From positions 62,001 through 126,000 of the forward strand of contig OZ237772.1 of assembly GCA_965178125.1 (NCBI GenBank): a stretch of DNA of 64,000 bases, read 5' to 3'. This DNA comes from Bilabrum cf. latius (Eukaryota). Shown here piece by piece: positions 62,577 through 64,000 of the stretch. The notes beneath the pieces are model-generated. The model was not told the DNA's origin. It saw nothing but the letters and a program-made list of their open reading frames with translations, and ran no database searches. The translations under genes and the position numbers were made by a program. The stretch's first letter is position 1, and each line of letters begins with the position of its first letter.

Positions 62577-64000
62577 ATGGAGTCGAGAAGACGACGTCGT
62601 GGTGCATCGTCATCACCACGCTTTCGAGCGGAGCAGCCGGCAGGAAGAGTCCAAGCGTTGCGTAGAAGTTCATTGACATATTGTCTGAGCGCATTAAAAT
62701 TCCGCGAGCCCCGCTTGATCCACCCGCATATTGTCACTGTCCTGCTATGCTGGATGATCGCATGTGCAACTGCCGCAAAACCGGTGTGGCGACGAGCAAA
62801 CACTGGTCTTCCCAGCAGCGGGAGTCAGTACTTTGCCGACGATGATACATCGGAAATTCAGCCACCTCCGGCAGGCATGGGATGGAGGTCTGGGCACGTC
62901 CTTGCGGGTGCGGTGACGTGCGGCGGACTCGAGAGCGGGACCACGGCTGGCAGTCGCAGACTGTCGGACCCACGCACTGACCCAAGAATAACACAAGATC
63001 AAGCATCGAATACCGATACAAATCGTGCACTCCAGTCTCCATCGAATCCACACGGAGACAGCCCAACCCTGTGGCTGCTCGCGTTCGGCGGCCAGGTGGG
63101 CGATGGCCCCCACGCCCTGCGATCAGACCTGCAGGTGGCCCGGTACTCGATCGGAGCAAGCGGTGAGGCATCACAGACAGAAAATGCCGATCGCACGGGC
63201 GATGCATCGCGCGGTGGCGCATCGCAGCTGGACTGGCTTGTCCCCGAAATAGTGGGGGATCCCGCAGCGTCGAGGGGGCTTTGCTCCCCTGGGAGCCCGC
63301 GAACCTTCGCCGAAGGTTCGTGCGAGCCGGTCCCATCTGCAAGGGCGTTCGCGGGCGGGGGCAGCAGGGGCAGCGAGATGGTCGTGTTCGGCGGGCTGGG
63401 TGCTGGCGGTGACCTGGGTGACCTGTGGAGTGCCAGAGTGCTAGAGCGAGAGGTGCAGGTGCAGGACGATGTCACGATGGCAGCAGCGTCAGCAGCAGCC
63501 GGAGGCAGGAATGGGGATGGTGGAAGCACGAGGCCCCCAGAAGAGGAAGAACATGGTGGTGCTCGCCGGTCCTCCACCACACCGCAGGGTGGTCAACGTG
63601 AGGGCAGCGGCAGTGTGCAGGTGGCCTGGACGCGACTTTGGCCACCGCAAGGAGCACTCGTCACACCACTGATGGATGCGTGCCAGGACGGACCAGCTGA
63701 CGCGAACCGAGCGGTTTCAAGGGGTCTTCTGCTCTGCCCTAGGCCTCGGCGGGAGGCTGTCGTGGCCGTGTGGGAGGGCATGGTGTTCGTGGCCGGCGGG
63801 GGCTGGTCCCTGGGAGCAGCGATCGGGCCAGTGCCTGGGAGCACCAGCACGTCCGGTCTTTGGGGTGAGCTGGGGGCAGGGGGTGGCGCGTTTGTTCCCC
63901 AGCCCACTCAGGTGGAGGCTGGGCCAGGGCTGTGGGTATGGACGGACGGTTGGTCTGCCGGATCGGGTGCATCGCACGATGGTGCTAGCGGCCAGTGGCA
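62577..64000 (+). CDS. Kelch-repeat protein (partial, runs off the window)
   Basis: Frame open from ATG 62577 to window end; Kelch-like WRSGH..LLAFGG, PSARAFAGG..MVVFGG..DLGDLW, PRPRREA..MVFVAGG. Confidence 0.7.
   Translation, partial: MESRRRRRGASSSPRFRAEQPAGRVQALRRSSLTYCLSALKFREPRLIHPHIVTVLLCWMIACATAAKPVWRRANTGLPSSGSQYFADDDTSEIQPPPAGMGWRSGHVLAGAVTCGGLESGTTAGSRRLSDPRTDPRITQDQASNTDTNRALQSPSNPHGDSPTLWLLAFGGQVGDGPHALRSDLQVARYSIGASGEASQTENADRTGDASRGGASQLDWLVPEIVGDPAASRGLCSPGSPRTFAEGSCEPVPSARAFAGGGSRGSEMVVFGGLGAGGDLGDLWSARVLEREVQVQDDVTMAAASAAAGGRNGDGGSTRPPEEEEHGGARRSSTTPQGGQREGSGSVQVAWTRLWPPQGALVTPLMDACQDGPADANRAVSRGLLLCPRPRREAVVAVWEGMVFVAGGGWSLGAAIGPVPGSTSTSGLWGELGAGGGAFVPQPTQVEAGPGLWVWTDGWSAGSGASHDGASGQW

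Noticed and set aside
1-64000. TAG interruptions as pseudogenisation, RIP-like C-to-T mutation or sequencing error
   Set aside because: Those would also create TAA from CAA, TGA from CGA/TGG, and frameshifts. Only TAG occurs, catalytic motifs are intact, and conserved housekeeping-type genes are affected.

Overview
Gene-dense, GC-rich, intron-poor nuclear DNA from a flagellated microbial eukaryote. It has short GT-AG introns and an outer-dynein-arm docking-complex-like gene; composition and Gly/Ala-inflated proteins recall bicosoecid/Cafeteria-like stramenopiles, which is inference only. Main result: the fragmented ORF track is an artefact of the standard code. About 90 in-frame TAG codons (my manual count) interrupt 15 otherwise intact genes, and all 16 gene ends I could trace are TGA or TAA. 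TAG sits at Gln positions (lipase G-F-S-TAG-G nucleophile elbow, inside CAG poly-Gln runs, FG-GAP D-V-D-TAG-D-G). The genome therefore appears to read UAG as Gln while UAA/UGA stay stops. Read that way, the window holds about 18 genes: rhomboid protease, two FG-GAP surface proteins (one ~3,240 aa, one with a 30x54-bp glycosylated stalk), PH-RCC1 protein, acid lipase, NmrA-like protein, ankyrin protein, ODA-DC1/CCDC151-like protein, dual-specificity phosphatase, TMX3-like PDI, multi-TM protein, condensin II CAP-D3, WW/FF protein, Kelch protein and several unknowns. Second signal: three short DNA words (CTCGTCACAC, palindromic GGTTGCAACC, GTTCCGCA) are heavily over-represented, the first two regardless of reading frame. 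A diverged inverted-repeat pair flanks the mucin-stalk gene.
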